From: Anaerolineae bacterium
GTDB lineage: Bacteria; Chloroflexota; Anaerolineae; B4-G1; DUEL01
Assembly: GCA_041082215.1 (NCBI GenBank)
Contig: JBDOIF010000152.1
Span: 65,235-103,507, forward strand
DNA: 38,273 nt
Direction of reading: 5' to 3'
Shown one piece after another: positions 8,713 through 16,052 of this stretch (the stretch's first letter is position 1; each line of letters begins with the position of its first letter). The notes under the pieces were generated by a model. That model saw only the letters and a program-made list of their open reading frames with translations. It was not told the DNA's origin and did not search any database. Both the position numbers and the translations under genes were made by a program.

Positions 8713-9741
8713 CTACGCCGACCCGTGGATGGCGTTGAATACTTCCACGATGTTGATATGCACCAGGCAGGCCCGGATGCAGCGCCCGCAGCCGACGCAG
8801 CCGGTGGTGCCGAACCGCTCCTGGAGCCATTTTCCTTTACGGAAGAAACGGTGGCGCTGGCGGGCGGCCCGCGCATGGCGGAAGTTTTCCCCACCGGCCA
8901 CGCGCGCGAACTCGTCCAGCTGGCAGGAGTCCCACCGTCGGACGCGGACCGCCTCCGTCTGGTCCAGGGCGATGGAGTCAATCATGTTGAAGCAGTAGCA
9001 GGTAGGGCAGACGTTGGTGCAGGAGCCGCAGGCGAGGCACCGGTCGCCCAGTTCGGCCCATATGGGGTGCTCGTAGGCGGTGGCCAGCATCGCCGGCAGC
9101 TCCGCCGCGTCGAAGTCAAGGCGATGGGTGAAGCGGGGCCACTTGGCGCTGAGGACGGCGTTGAGACGGCGCATGTCCTCATCGGTGGCGGGGCGGGTCC
9201 GGGCGTATTTTTCCAGAAGCGCTTCCCCCGCCTCCGTGCCGACGTGGACCGTGTAGGCGTCGCCGATGTCGGTGAGGTGGAGGTCGTACCCCTCGTCCGC
9301 CGTCAGTGTGCCCATATCTTTGCAGAAGGAGTGCTCGTCGCAGGGCTGGAGGCACTCCAGACTGATGATGAGCGTCTGGCGGCGCCGCTCCAGGTAGTGG
9401 GCATCGGGGTAATCGGCGGTGAAGGCCCGGTCCAGCATCCGGATGGCGTGGACGTCGCAGGTATGGGCGCCGAAGATCACCGTCGGCTCCGCCTCCACCA
9501 CCGGCTCCACGTATGGCTCTCCTTTCAGGTCGAGCCGGGCGACCCGCTCCTGAGGTGGCTGGAGGGCCACCTTGGGGGAAAGGATGGTGATATTGTAATC
9601 CAGCCGCATCTCAGACGGATCGGAGATAGGCGCGAAGACGAACTCCGGCCCCTTCGCCTTCGGCCCGATCAGCCGATAATCCGCCATCAGCGCCTGGACC
9701 AGTTGGGGAACTGCTTCTTTGGGCAGGATCCGCAGGCGCAT
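8713..9741 (-). CDS. hydB: Group 3b hydrogenase beta subunit (4Fe-4S dicluster)
   Basis: CLACGSCTNVCPTCYCF, WDSC and CVGCGRCIRAC. ATG at 9741 with GAGGAGG SD. Confidence 0.9.
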   Translation of the reverse strand: MRLRILPKEAVPQLVQALMADYRLIGPKAKGPEFVFAPISDPSEMRLDYNITILSPKVALQPPQERVARLDLKGEPYVEPVVEAEPTVIFGAHTCDVHAIRMLDRAFTADYPDAHYLERRRQTLIISLECLQPCDEHSFCKDMGTLTADEGYDLHLTDIGDAYTVHVGTEAGEALLEKYARTRPATDEDMRRLNAVLSAKWPRFTHRLDFDAAELPAMLATAYEHPIWAELGDRCLACGSCTNVCPTCYCFNMIDSIALDQTEAVRVRRWDSCQLDEFARVAGGENFRHARAARQRHRFFRKGKWLQERFGTTGCVGCGRCIRACLVHINIVEVFNAIHGSA

Positions 9742-9764
9742 GCAACAACCTCCTCTCAATGAGA

Positions 9765-9818
9765 AACTGGTAACTGGGGGCTGGAAGCTGGTAGCTGGTG
9801 GTTGGCGGCCGGTGGCTA
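9765..9818. repeat. Degenerate 7-nt tandem repeat (about 7 units)
   Basis: aactggt aactggg ggctgga agctggt agctggt ggttggc ggccggt ggcta. Fills the gap from the upstream stop codon to the hydB SD region. Confidence 0.75.
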
Positions 9819-10742
9819 CAGGTAAATGAAGACCTCCAGCCGCGTCCCCATACCTACCTCGGATTCCAGCTTCATCTCATCGGCACAGTTCTGAATGTTT
9901 GGCAGTCCCATTCCCGCGCCGAACCCAAGCTCCCGCACCCATTCAGGGGCGGTGGAGAAGCCGGGTTCCATCGCTTTTTCGATATCCGGGATGCCTGGTC
10001 CCCTGTCGGTGGCCAGGATCCGAATGCGATCAGGGCTTACCTCGGCTACGATTTCCCCCTCCTCTGCGTAGATGACGATGTTCATTTCCGCCTCGTAAGA
10101 GGCAATCGCCACCCTTCGGACGACGCGAGGGGCAAGACCCAGCCGCGTCAGCGTCTTTTTTAACCGGCTGGAGGCCTCCCCCGCGCGTTCGAAATCCCCT
10201 CCCTTCACCCGGTAGCGGAAGACCAGGGTGACCTGATCGGCTATGATGTCTTCAAAAATGTGGCTCGCCCGGTAGCGGTGGATCTCCTCCTCGTGGTACT
10301 CCACCTCCAGTTGTTGCAGAAGCGCCCGGACGATGTCTCCCTGGACAAGGATACCGACCAGGTTCCCCTCCCGGTCCACCACCGGGAAGCGGCCGTACTT
10401 CAGCCGATTGAACTTGCTGACGGCGTGGATCAGCGGCTCGTCTGCGTACAGGACGGCCGGGTTGGGGGTCATCTTCTCCCGCACCGTCGCCTCCAGCTCC
10501 CCGGCCGCCAGCGCTTTGATCAGGTCCTCGATGCTGATGATCCCCACCATCCGCCCGCCCTCGACCACCGGGGTGCCCGAGATGCGGTTGGCGCGGAGGA
10601 TCTCCCGGAACTCGGCGATCGTCATCTCAGGCGAGACGACGATCACCTCTTTCGTCATCGCCTGCTCGATCCGGAGTTCATAGGCCAGCTCTTGGAGCTT
10701 CGTGACCTCTTTGGGGTCGGTCGAGAAAGGCTTACGGGCCAC
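9816..10742 (-). CDS. CBS-pair protein fused to an RsbT/anti-sigma-type Ser/Thr kinase (HATPase_c-like) domain
   Basis: Two CBS repeats (ISGTPVV...MVGIIS; GRFPVVDREGNLVGIL), then YEAEMNIVIYA, DRGPGIPDI and GFGAGMGLPN. Confidence 0.88.
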   Translation of the reverse strand: MARKPFSTDPKEVTKLQELAYELRIEQAMTKEVIVVSPEMTIAEFREILRANRISGTPVVEGGRMVGIISIEDLIKALAAGELEATVREKMTPNPAVLYADEPLIHAVSKFNRLKYGRFPVVDREGNLVGILVQGDIVRALLQQLEVEYHEEEIHRYRASHIFEDIIADQVTLVFRYRVKGGDFERAGEASSRLKKTLTRLGLAPRVVRRVAIASYEAEMNIVIYAEEGEIVAEVSPDRIRILATDRGPGIPDIEKAMEPGFSTAPEWVRELGFGAGMGLPNIQNCADEMKLESEVGMGTRLEVFIYL

Positions 10743-10751
10743 CGGGACGAC

Positions 10752-11147
10752 TCACGACTCCTCGCCGAAGAACTCCTGCCAGCGCCGCAGGCTCGTCTCG
10801 AAAAGGCCGCAACTGGGGAGCCCCGCCCTGTACAGCCGGCCGCAGGTCTCGAACATAGTGTATTTGGAGGCCAGGAGCGGGATCCCCTTCTCTTCGGCCA
10901 GGGCGATCGTCTCCGGCGGCGGGACCTTCCCACGCACAAAGACGATAGCCTTGATGCCCGCCATCTCTGCAGTGCGCACAACCTGAGGGTTGGTCAGGCC
11001 AGACATCAGGAGGGTGCCCTCGTGGGTGAAGGCCAGGACGTCGCTCATCAGGTCTGCCCCGCATCCCATATGGACCTCCATATCGAGGTCCGCACCTTTG
11101 GTGACGAGCTTGCCCTCGATGAGTTCCAGCACTTCTCGCAGTTTCAT
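10752..11147 (-). CDS. DRTGG-domain protein
   Basis: GADLMSDVLAF, LLMSGLTNPQVVRTAEM, IVFVRGK and MFETCGRLY are typical of stand-alone DRTGG proteins. Confidence 0.88.
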   Translation of the reverse strand: MKLREVLELIEGKLVTKGADLDMEVHMGCGADLMSDVLAFTHEGTLLMSGLTNPQVVRTAEMAGIKAIVFVRGKVPPPETIALAEEKGIPLLASKYTMFETCGRLYRAGLPSCGLFETSLRRWQEFFGEES

Positions 11148-11181
11148 CGCCCGATCTCCTGGTCGTGTGGCTCTGGCCTGG

Positions 11182-11210
11182 AGTATAACATACTATGGCA
11201 AGGTTGCCAA
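11182..11210 (-). promoter_or_regulatory. Sigma70-type promoter of the hydrogenase operon, with a palindrome over the -35
   Basis: Minus strand reads TTGGCA-17 nt-TATACT with extended -10 TG. Palindrome tggcaa-gg-ttgcca at 11196-11209. Confidence 0.6.
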
Positions 11211-11333
11211 CCCTCCTGCACGCTGTTGCCCCCGTATGCCCTCAGGCTGTCCGTCGCTCGTTTGCAACCCTCTTATGATATAGGATACTTCTCAATCCTC
11301 AAAGTGTCGGGCGGCACATAGCGGGGGTGACAC

Positions 11334-11363
11334 TTGTCCCTCTCCCCTGGTTGCTGGTATAAT
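11334..11363 (+). promoter_or_regulatory. Promoter for rfbD-GT2
   Basis: TTGTCC-18 nt-TATAAT with extended -10 (TGgTATAAT). Confidence 0.55.
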
Positions 11364-11423
11364 GGCGGAGCGGAAGCGGCTCCGTCTGTTTTCGCCACTG
11401 AGAAACGGAAGGCACAGGGCCGT

Positions 11424-12254
11424 ATGCGCATCTTCGTCACTGGCTGCAGGGGACAGTTGGGTCGGGCTTTCGCCGAAGTGCTGGGAGGGGAGGTCCTGGC
11501 GGGGTGCGACCTCCCGGAGCTGGATGTTACGGACCGGCGGGCTATTGTAGAAGCGATCGTCGGGTTCGCCCCGGATATCGTCATCCATGCCGCGGCGTGG
11601 ACCGATGTGGACGGCTGCGCCCGGGAGCCGGAGAGGGCCTATCGGGTCAACGCGCTCGGCACCCAGAACGTGGCGCTGGCCTGCGCCCAGGCTGATGCCC
11701 CTATGGTCTACATCAGCACCAACGAGGTCTTCGACGGCGAGGGGACCGAGCCGTACCGGGAGTGGGACCCGATCCGCCCTATTAACCCTTACGGCCGCTC
11801 CAAGGCGGCGGGGGAATGGTTCGTCCGGCATCTCCTCACCCGTTTCTACATCGTCCGCACTGCCTGGCTCTACGCTCCCGGCGGCCGCAACTTCCCTCAC
11901 CGCATTGTTCAACTGGCCGACGAGCGGGGATACCTGCGGGTGGTGACGGATGAGGTGAGCAACCCCACCTACGCCCCGGACCTGGCGGCGGCCGTTGCAG
12001 CCCTCATCCGCACCGACGCCTTCGGGGTCTATCATCTCACCAACTCCGGCTATTGCTCCCGCTACGACTTTGCCCGTGAGATCCTCCGCCTCACCGGCCG
12101 GGAGCGGGTGCCAGTGGAGCCGATCACGCTGGACCAGTTTCCCAGGGATTCCACCCCGCCCCGTTTTGCGCCGCTGGCCAATACCGCCGGATCCGCGCAG
12201 GGGATCATATTGCGGCCATGGCAGGAAGCGCTGGCGGAGTTCCTCGGTCAATGA
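11424..12254 (+). CDS. rfbD: dTDP-4-dehydrorhamnose reductase
   Basis: MRIFVTGCRGQLG Rossmann motif, HAAAWTDVDGC, YISTNEVFDG, YGRSK and VRTAWLY. Confidence 0.92.
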   Translation: MRIFVTGCRGQLGRAFAEVLGGEVLAGCDLPELDVTDRRAIVEAIVGFAPDIVIHAAAWTDVDGCAREPERAYRVNALGTQNVALACAQADAPMVYISTNEVFDGEGTEPYREWDPIRPINPYGRSKAAGEWFVRHLLTRFYIVRTAWLYAPGGRNFPHRIVQLADERGYLRVVTDEVSNPTYAPDLAAAVAALIRTDAFGVYHLTNSGYCSRYDFAREILRLTGRERVPVEPITLDQFPRDSTPPRFAPLANTAGSAQGIILRPWQEALAEFLGQ

Positions 12255-13237
12255 CCCGGTCACCCGGTCACCCAATCACCCCATCTCTCGTCAGCATCAT
12301 CATCCCCAACCTCAACGGCGCCCATCACCTCCCCACCTGCCTGGAGAGCCTCCGTCGCCAGAGCCTCCGCGATTTCGAGGTCATCGTGGTGGATAACGGC
12401 TCCACCGACGGGTCGCTGGACCTCCTGGCTCGCGGCTACCCCGAGGTACGGGTGCTGGCCCTGGGCCAGAACCGGGGTTTTGCAGGGGCCTGCAATGCTG
12501 GCATCCGTGCTGCCCGGGGGGAGTTCATCGTCCTGCTGAACAACGACACCGAGGCCGACCCCCGCTGGCTTTTGGAGGTCGTCGCTGCCTTTGAGCGACA
12601 TCCGGAAGCGGGGATCGTCGCCTCCAGGATGCTCCTTTTCGACCGGCGGGACACCTTTCACACCGCGGGCGACTTCTACCGGGTGGACGGCGTCCCCGGC
12701 AACCGGGGGGTGTGGGAAAAGGACGAGGGCCAGTATGATGATGAGGAATATGTCTTCAGCGCCTGCGGCGGCAGTGCCGCCTACCGGCGGGAGATGCTGG
12801 ACCGGATCGGGCTGCTGGATGAGGATTTCTTCTACTCCTGTGAGGATGTGGACCTGGCCTGGCGGGCCCAACTGGCCGGGTACCGGTGCGTCTATGCGCC
12901 GCGGGCGGTGGTGTACCACAAGCTGAGCGCTACCGGTGGCGGGACCACCGCCAGTTTCTACGACGGGCGCAACTACATTTACCTCCTGGTCAAGGACTAT
13001 CCGGGCGACCTGTGGCGGACACACTGGCGAGCAATCTTGAAGGCCCAGTTCCGCCTGGCCTGGGAAGCGCTACGGTCCTGGCGGGGGGCGGCGGCACGGG
13101 CGCGGCTGCGGGGGATGATGGCCGGCCTTCTGGGCATCCCTCGCATGCTGCGGAAGCGGCGCGCCGTTCAGCAGAGCCGCCGGGTGGACCGGGACTACCT
13201 GGAGAGAGTGTTGACCGGAGTTGACGAAAGCTGTTGA
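12251..13237 (+). CDS. Glycosyltransferase family 2 (rhamnosyltransferase-like)
   Basis: VSIIIPN, VVDNGSTDGS, NRGFAGACN, LLNNDT and EDVDLAWR. ATG overlaps the rfbD stop (ATGA). Confidence 0.92.
   Translation: MTRSPGHPITPSLVSIIIPNLNGAHHLPTCLESLRRQSLRDFEVIVVDNGSTDGSLDLLARGYPEVRVLALGQNRGFAGACNAGIRAARGEFIVLLNNDTEADPRWLLEVVAAFERHPEAGIVASRMLLFDRRDTFHTAGDFYRVDGVPGNRGVWEKDEGQYDDEEYVFSACGGSAAYRREMLDRIGLLDEDFFYSCEDVDLAWRAQLAGYRCVYAPRAVVYHKLSATGGGTTASFYDGRNYIYLLVKDYPGDLWRTHWRAILKAQFRLAWEALRSWRGAAARARLRGMMAGLLGIPRMLRKRRAVQQSRRVDRDYLERVLTGVDESC
12252..12283. repeat. 8-nt tandem repeat (4 units) at the rfbD/GT2 junction
   Basis: tgacccgg tcacccgg tcacccaa tcacccca. Reverse complement of the unit at 30843-30866. 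Confidence 0.7.
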
Positions 13238-13313
13238 AGAGAGTATCATACGAACAGGGGTTGGGTGGTGGTGGCAGGTAACAGGTAGGCGAAGTCCGAT
13301 TAGAGGGGCACTG

Positions 13314-14915
13314 ATGGCAAGGGAACTGTATCTAACAGAAGAACGACAGGAACAGAGCCAGTGCCCTCTGTGCTACGAGCATGTAGACAGTAGCCTGCGG
13401 TCACATATCATTGATGTGCATGGGGAAGACGCATTTCGTCAAGCCGTATTGGCTGACAAAGAGCGTGGGATGTCTGATTCACAAATTGGTGAGCGCTACG
13501 GCATCTCCTTTGGCACCCTTGAACAAATCATCACCGAAGCTTATGGCGCTAATGTCAGTGTGCTAAAACACCCCAAGCGCATCAAACGGTGGCAGCCTCC
13601 AAACTTTCGTGAGGAGACAACGACTGTATGGAGCTTCAAGCAGCGCGGTGACTGGGCTACCCACGATGGCCGCTATCGGGGAAACTGGTCCCCCTATATT
13701 CCGCGTAATGTTATTCTCAAGTATTCTAGACCCGGGGATATTGTTCTTGATTACTTCGTGGGTGGTGGAACGACCGCGGTTGAGGCGAAGCTGCTTGGAC
13801 GTCAATGTATCGCCAGAGACATCAATCCCGGCGCGGTAGGCATAACGCTGGAGAATTTGAGATTTTCACCACCACGCCAATTTCCTGGCAATGGGGTGCA
13901 GTTGCTGTATGAACCGAAAGTGAGCATTGGAGATGCCAGAGACTTATCAGATATTTCTGATAACAGTATTGACCTGATCTGCGCTCATCCTCCTTATGCA
14001 GGCATTATCAAGTATAGTTCCAAAATTGCGGGCGACCTGTCTGGTTTGTCGGTTCAAGACTTTTTGGCGGAGATGCGTAAGGTTGCTGAGGAGAGCTTGC
14101 GCGTCCTAAGACCTGGGGGCAAGTGTGCCATTCTCATTGGAGATGCCCGCAAGTCAAAACATGTTGTGCCTATTGGCTTTAAAACCATCCGAGTCTTTCT
14201 TGATGCCGGGTTTATCCTACGAGAGCTGGTTATCAAGCGCCAACACAATTGTAAAACAACCGGCTTCTGGTACGCCCGAAGTATTCAATACAATTTCCTG
14301 CTGTTAGCGCACGAATATCTTCCCATTTTTGAGAAGCCTTTCGTAGGTCAAGTGGGAGAACGACCTACTTTGTGGGAATACGCCACCCCTCACAAGATCA
14401 CGTTGGAAAAGGTCCGCAGGGTTGAAGAAGAGAATCTGGAGACAACTACTGTTTGGATCTTCCCCAGAGAGTACTTGGAACAAGAGGTCAAACGAAACCT
14501 GATACGGCGTTTTGCCAACTATTATTATGATGAAGGAGAACTCGCTGAAGTCAGTTTGGATTGTGAGACTGAGTTCAAAAACATAGACAAACGTGTAGAT
14601 ATGGTATATGTTCGTTGGCCCCAGTATGGTGGAATGACCGAACAGAAGTTTATGGGCTATCGCGAGGCCGTGAGAAAAGTTGTCGAGCAAAGTGCACCCT
14701 GTCCAGGCGGCTTTCTCGTGTTAGAAGCGATGGATTTTCGTAGCGGAGGGATACTCTGGCCTGCTGGCTTAATTCTATATGAAGACATGTGTACCCATCA
14801 AGCCCTTTCGCTTAAAGAAATAGTTATTGTAGTACCAGAAGGGCTACCACCGGGCAACTCCGGTACAGATCTCGATATCATCCATCGCTATCTCTTGATT
14901 TACGTTCGTAAGTAA
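13314..14915 (+). CDS. DNA amino-methyltransferase (N4-C/N6-A type) with N-terminal Zn-finger/HTH and degenerate C-terminal duplicate
   Basis: TTVWSFKQRGDWATH...YRGNWSPYIPRN, motif I VLDYFVGGGTT, motif IV-like AHPPY, RVLRPGG. ATG at 13314 with AGAGGGG SD. Lower GC than flanks. Confidence 0.85.
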   Translation: MARELYLTEERQEQSQCPLCYEHVDSSLRSHIIDVHGEDAFRQAVLADKERGMSDSQIGERYGISFGTLEQIITEAYGANVSVLKHPKRIKRWQPPNFREETTTVWSFKQRGDWATHDGRYRGNWSPYIPRNVILKYSRPGDIVLDYFVGGGTTAVEAKLLGRQCIARDINPGAVGITLENLRFSPPRQFPGNGVQLLYEPKVSIGDARDLSDISDNSIDLICAHPPYAGIIKYSSKIAGDLSGLSVQDFLAEMRKVAEESLRVLRPGGKCAILIGDARKSKHVVPIGFKTIRVFLDAGFILRELVIKRQHNCKTTGFWYARSIQYNFLLLAHEYLPIFEKPFVGQVGERPTLWEYATPHKITLEKVRRVEEENLETTTVWIFPREYLEQEVKRNLIRRFANYYYDEGELAEVSLDCETEFKNIDKRVDMVYVRWPQYGGMTEQKFMGYREAVRKVVEQSAPCPGGFLVLEAMDFRSGGILWPAGLILYEDMCTHQALSLKEIVIVVPEGLPPGNSGTDLDIIHRYLLIYVRK

Positions 14916-14926
14916 GGAGACTTATA

Positions 14927-15406
14927 ATGTGGCCTGATCGTCATCCTATCTACAAAACCAGCAATGGTGTCATTGTCTATGTTTCAAAAGGCGGTAAGTC
15001 TCTATACAACTTCAAAGTCCAGTACCAAGAGCCGGGGAAAAGGGTTCGAACACCCAAACATATTCACCTTATTATTGACCTATATATGAAGCGGGCAGGA
15101 AACAGACAACTCACCCTGCAGCTTATTGACCACATTGTTGAAGGGATTATTTTGAGAGTTACACCTTCTACTTCCAATCCACCTGTTCTGCAAATCTTCT
15201 CTCCCCAACATGTGGATAGGTTTCGAGCGTTGGATGCCTACGGGGAATACTCTGTTGAGTTTCTCTTGGTGATCACCGAATTGATTACGATTCAGGAGAG
15301 AACCAATTACCCGCAGGGTGTGATGAATCTCAAACTTTTTGAGCTTTTCCGGGATGAAGCCGACATCTTTTCGGTAGTGAGTGCGGCCACTTTCAGGGGT
15401 AGATGA
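14927..15406 (+). CDS. Hypothetical protein in the methyltransferase-nuclease island
   Basis: 159-aa ORF with TAAGGAG SD immediately after the MTase stop. AT-richer codon usage; no family recognised. Confidence 0.8.
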   Translation: MWPDRHPIYKTSNGVIVYVSKGGKSLYNFKVQYQEPGKRVRTPKHIHLIIDLYMKRAGNRQLTLQLIDHIVEGIILRVTPSTSNPPVLQIFSPQHVDRFRALDAYGEYSVEFLLVITELITIQERTNYPQGVMNLKLFELFRDEADIFSVVSAATFRGR

Positions 15407-15490
15407 GGAACACAATACGGAGGTTATCTTGGCCTGAAAACCGGCTGCTCGGTTTTAGAAGATTAAGGAATCGATTCGGGATATGTGGAC

Positions 15491-15916
15491 ATGAATCCGA
15501 GAAACACAACGACAGGCACGGTTTTGGAACAAATGGTTCTTCCTGCTCTTGAACATGGCGGATACCAGTATCGAACGCAGGCCTATATAGGCCGACGCCT
15601 GGGTGGAGGCAAACACGTCATTGATGTGTTGGCTGAGGACCAGAGGGGGAAGAGGTTCTTGATCTCGCTCAAATGGCAACAGGTCTCCGGTACTGCCGAG
15701 CAGAAAGTGCCCTTCGAGGCGATGTGTCTGGCAGAGGCTGTACTATCTTCTCCGGAGAAGTATCACAAAGCATACTTGGTGCTTGGGGGCAGCGGATGGA
15801 AACTTCGCGATTTCTTCGTAGGTGGTGGCTTACGAAGCCACCTGCGCCACAGCGACTTGGTCAACATTGTGTCGCTTGAAACATTCGTTGCCTTGGCCAA
15901 TCAGGGAAAATTGTAA
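15491..15916 (+). CDS. PD-(D/E)XK-superfamily nuclease (restriction-endonuclease-like)
   Basis: G-x2-LE helix, IDVL, ISLKWQQVSGTAEQKVPFE and YLVLGGSGW. Alternative GTG start at 15485. Confidence 0.75.
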   Translation: MNPRNTTTGTVLEQMVLPALEHGGYQYRTQAYIGRRLGGGKHVIDVLAEDQRGKRFLISLKWQQVSGTAEQKVPFEAMCLAEAVLSSPEKYHKAYLVLGGSGWKLRDFFVGGGLRSHLRHSDLVNIVSLETFVALANQGKL

Positions 15917-15987
15917 ATCGCTACGTTACGAATCGAGCAAACTGTGACCGGGCTTCGGACAGGAGCTCGGATATGCCGGGAGAGCAA

Positions 15988-16016
15988 ACCTCACCCCTAC
16001 GGGTGAGGGGGTAGGG
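15988..16016. repeat. Short palindrome near the right edge of the island
   Basis: cctcaccc-ctac-gggtgagg followed by gggtagggg. Same arms as 3761-3813. Confidence 0.5.
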
Positions 16017-16052
16017 GTGAGGTCAGACGACCTGGGCTGGAGAACCACCGGG

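Noticed and set aside
5296..9762. Long plus-strand ORFs (5296-7149, 7079-7876, 7855-9762)
   Set aside because: Antisense shadows of the hydrogenase genes, typical of high-GC DNA, with no recognisable motifs. The same applies to most other overlapping ORFs in the track.
11190..11212. Sigma54 promoter (TGGCA...TTGC)
   Set aside because: GG-to-GC spacing is 7 nt rather than the required 10; a sigma70 -35/-10 fits better.
13212..15950. tgaccgg direct repeat as target-site duplication or att site of the island
   Set aside because: Only 7 bp and GC-rich, so expected by chance. No integrase or tRNA nearby.
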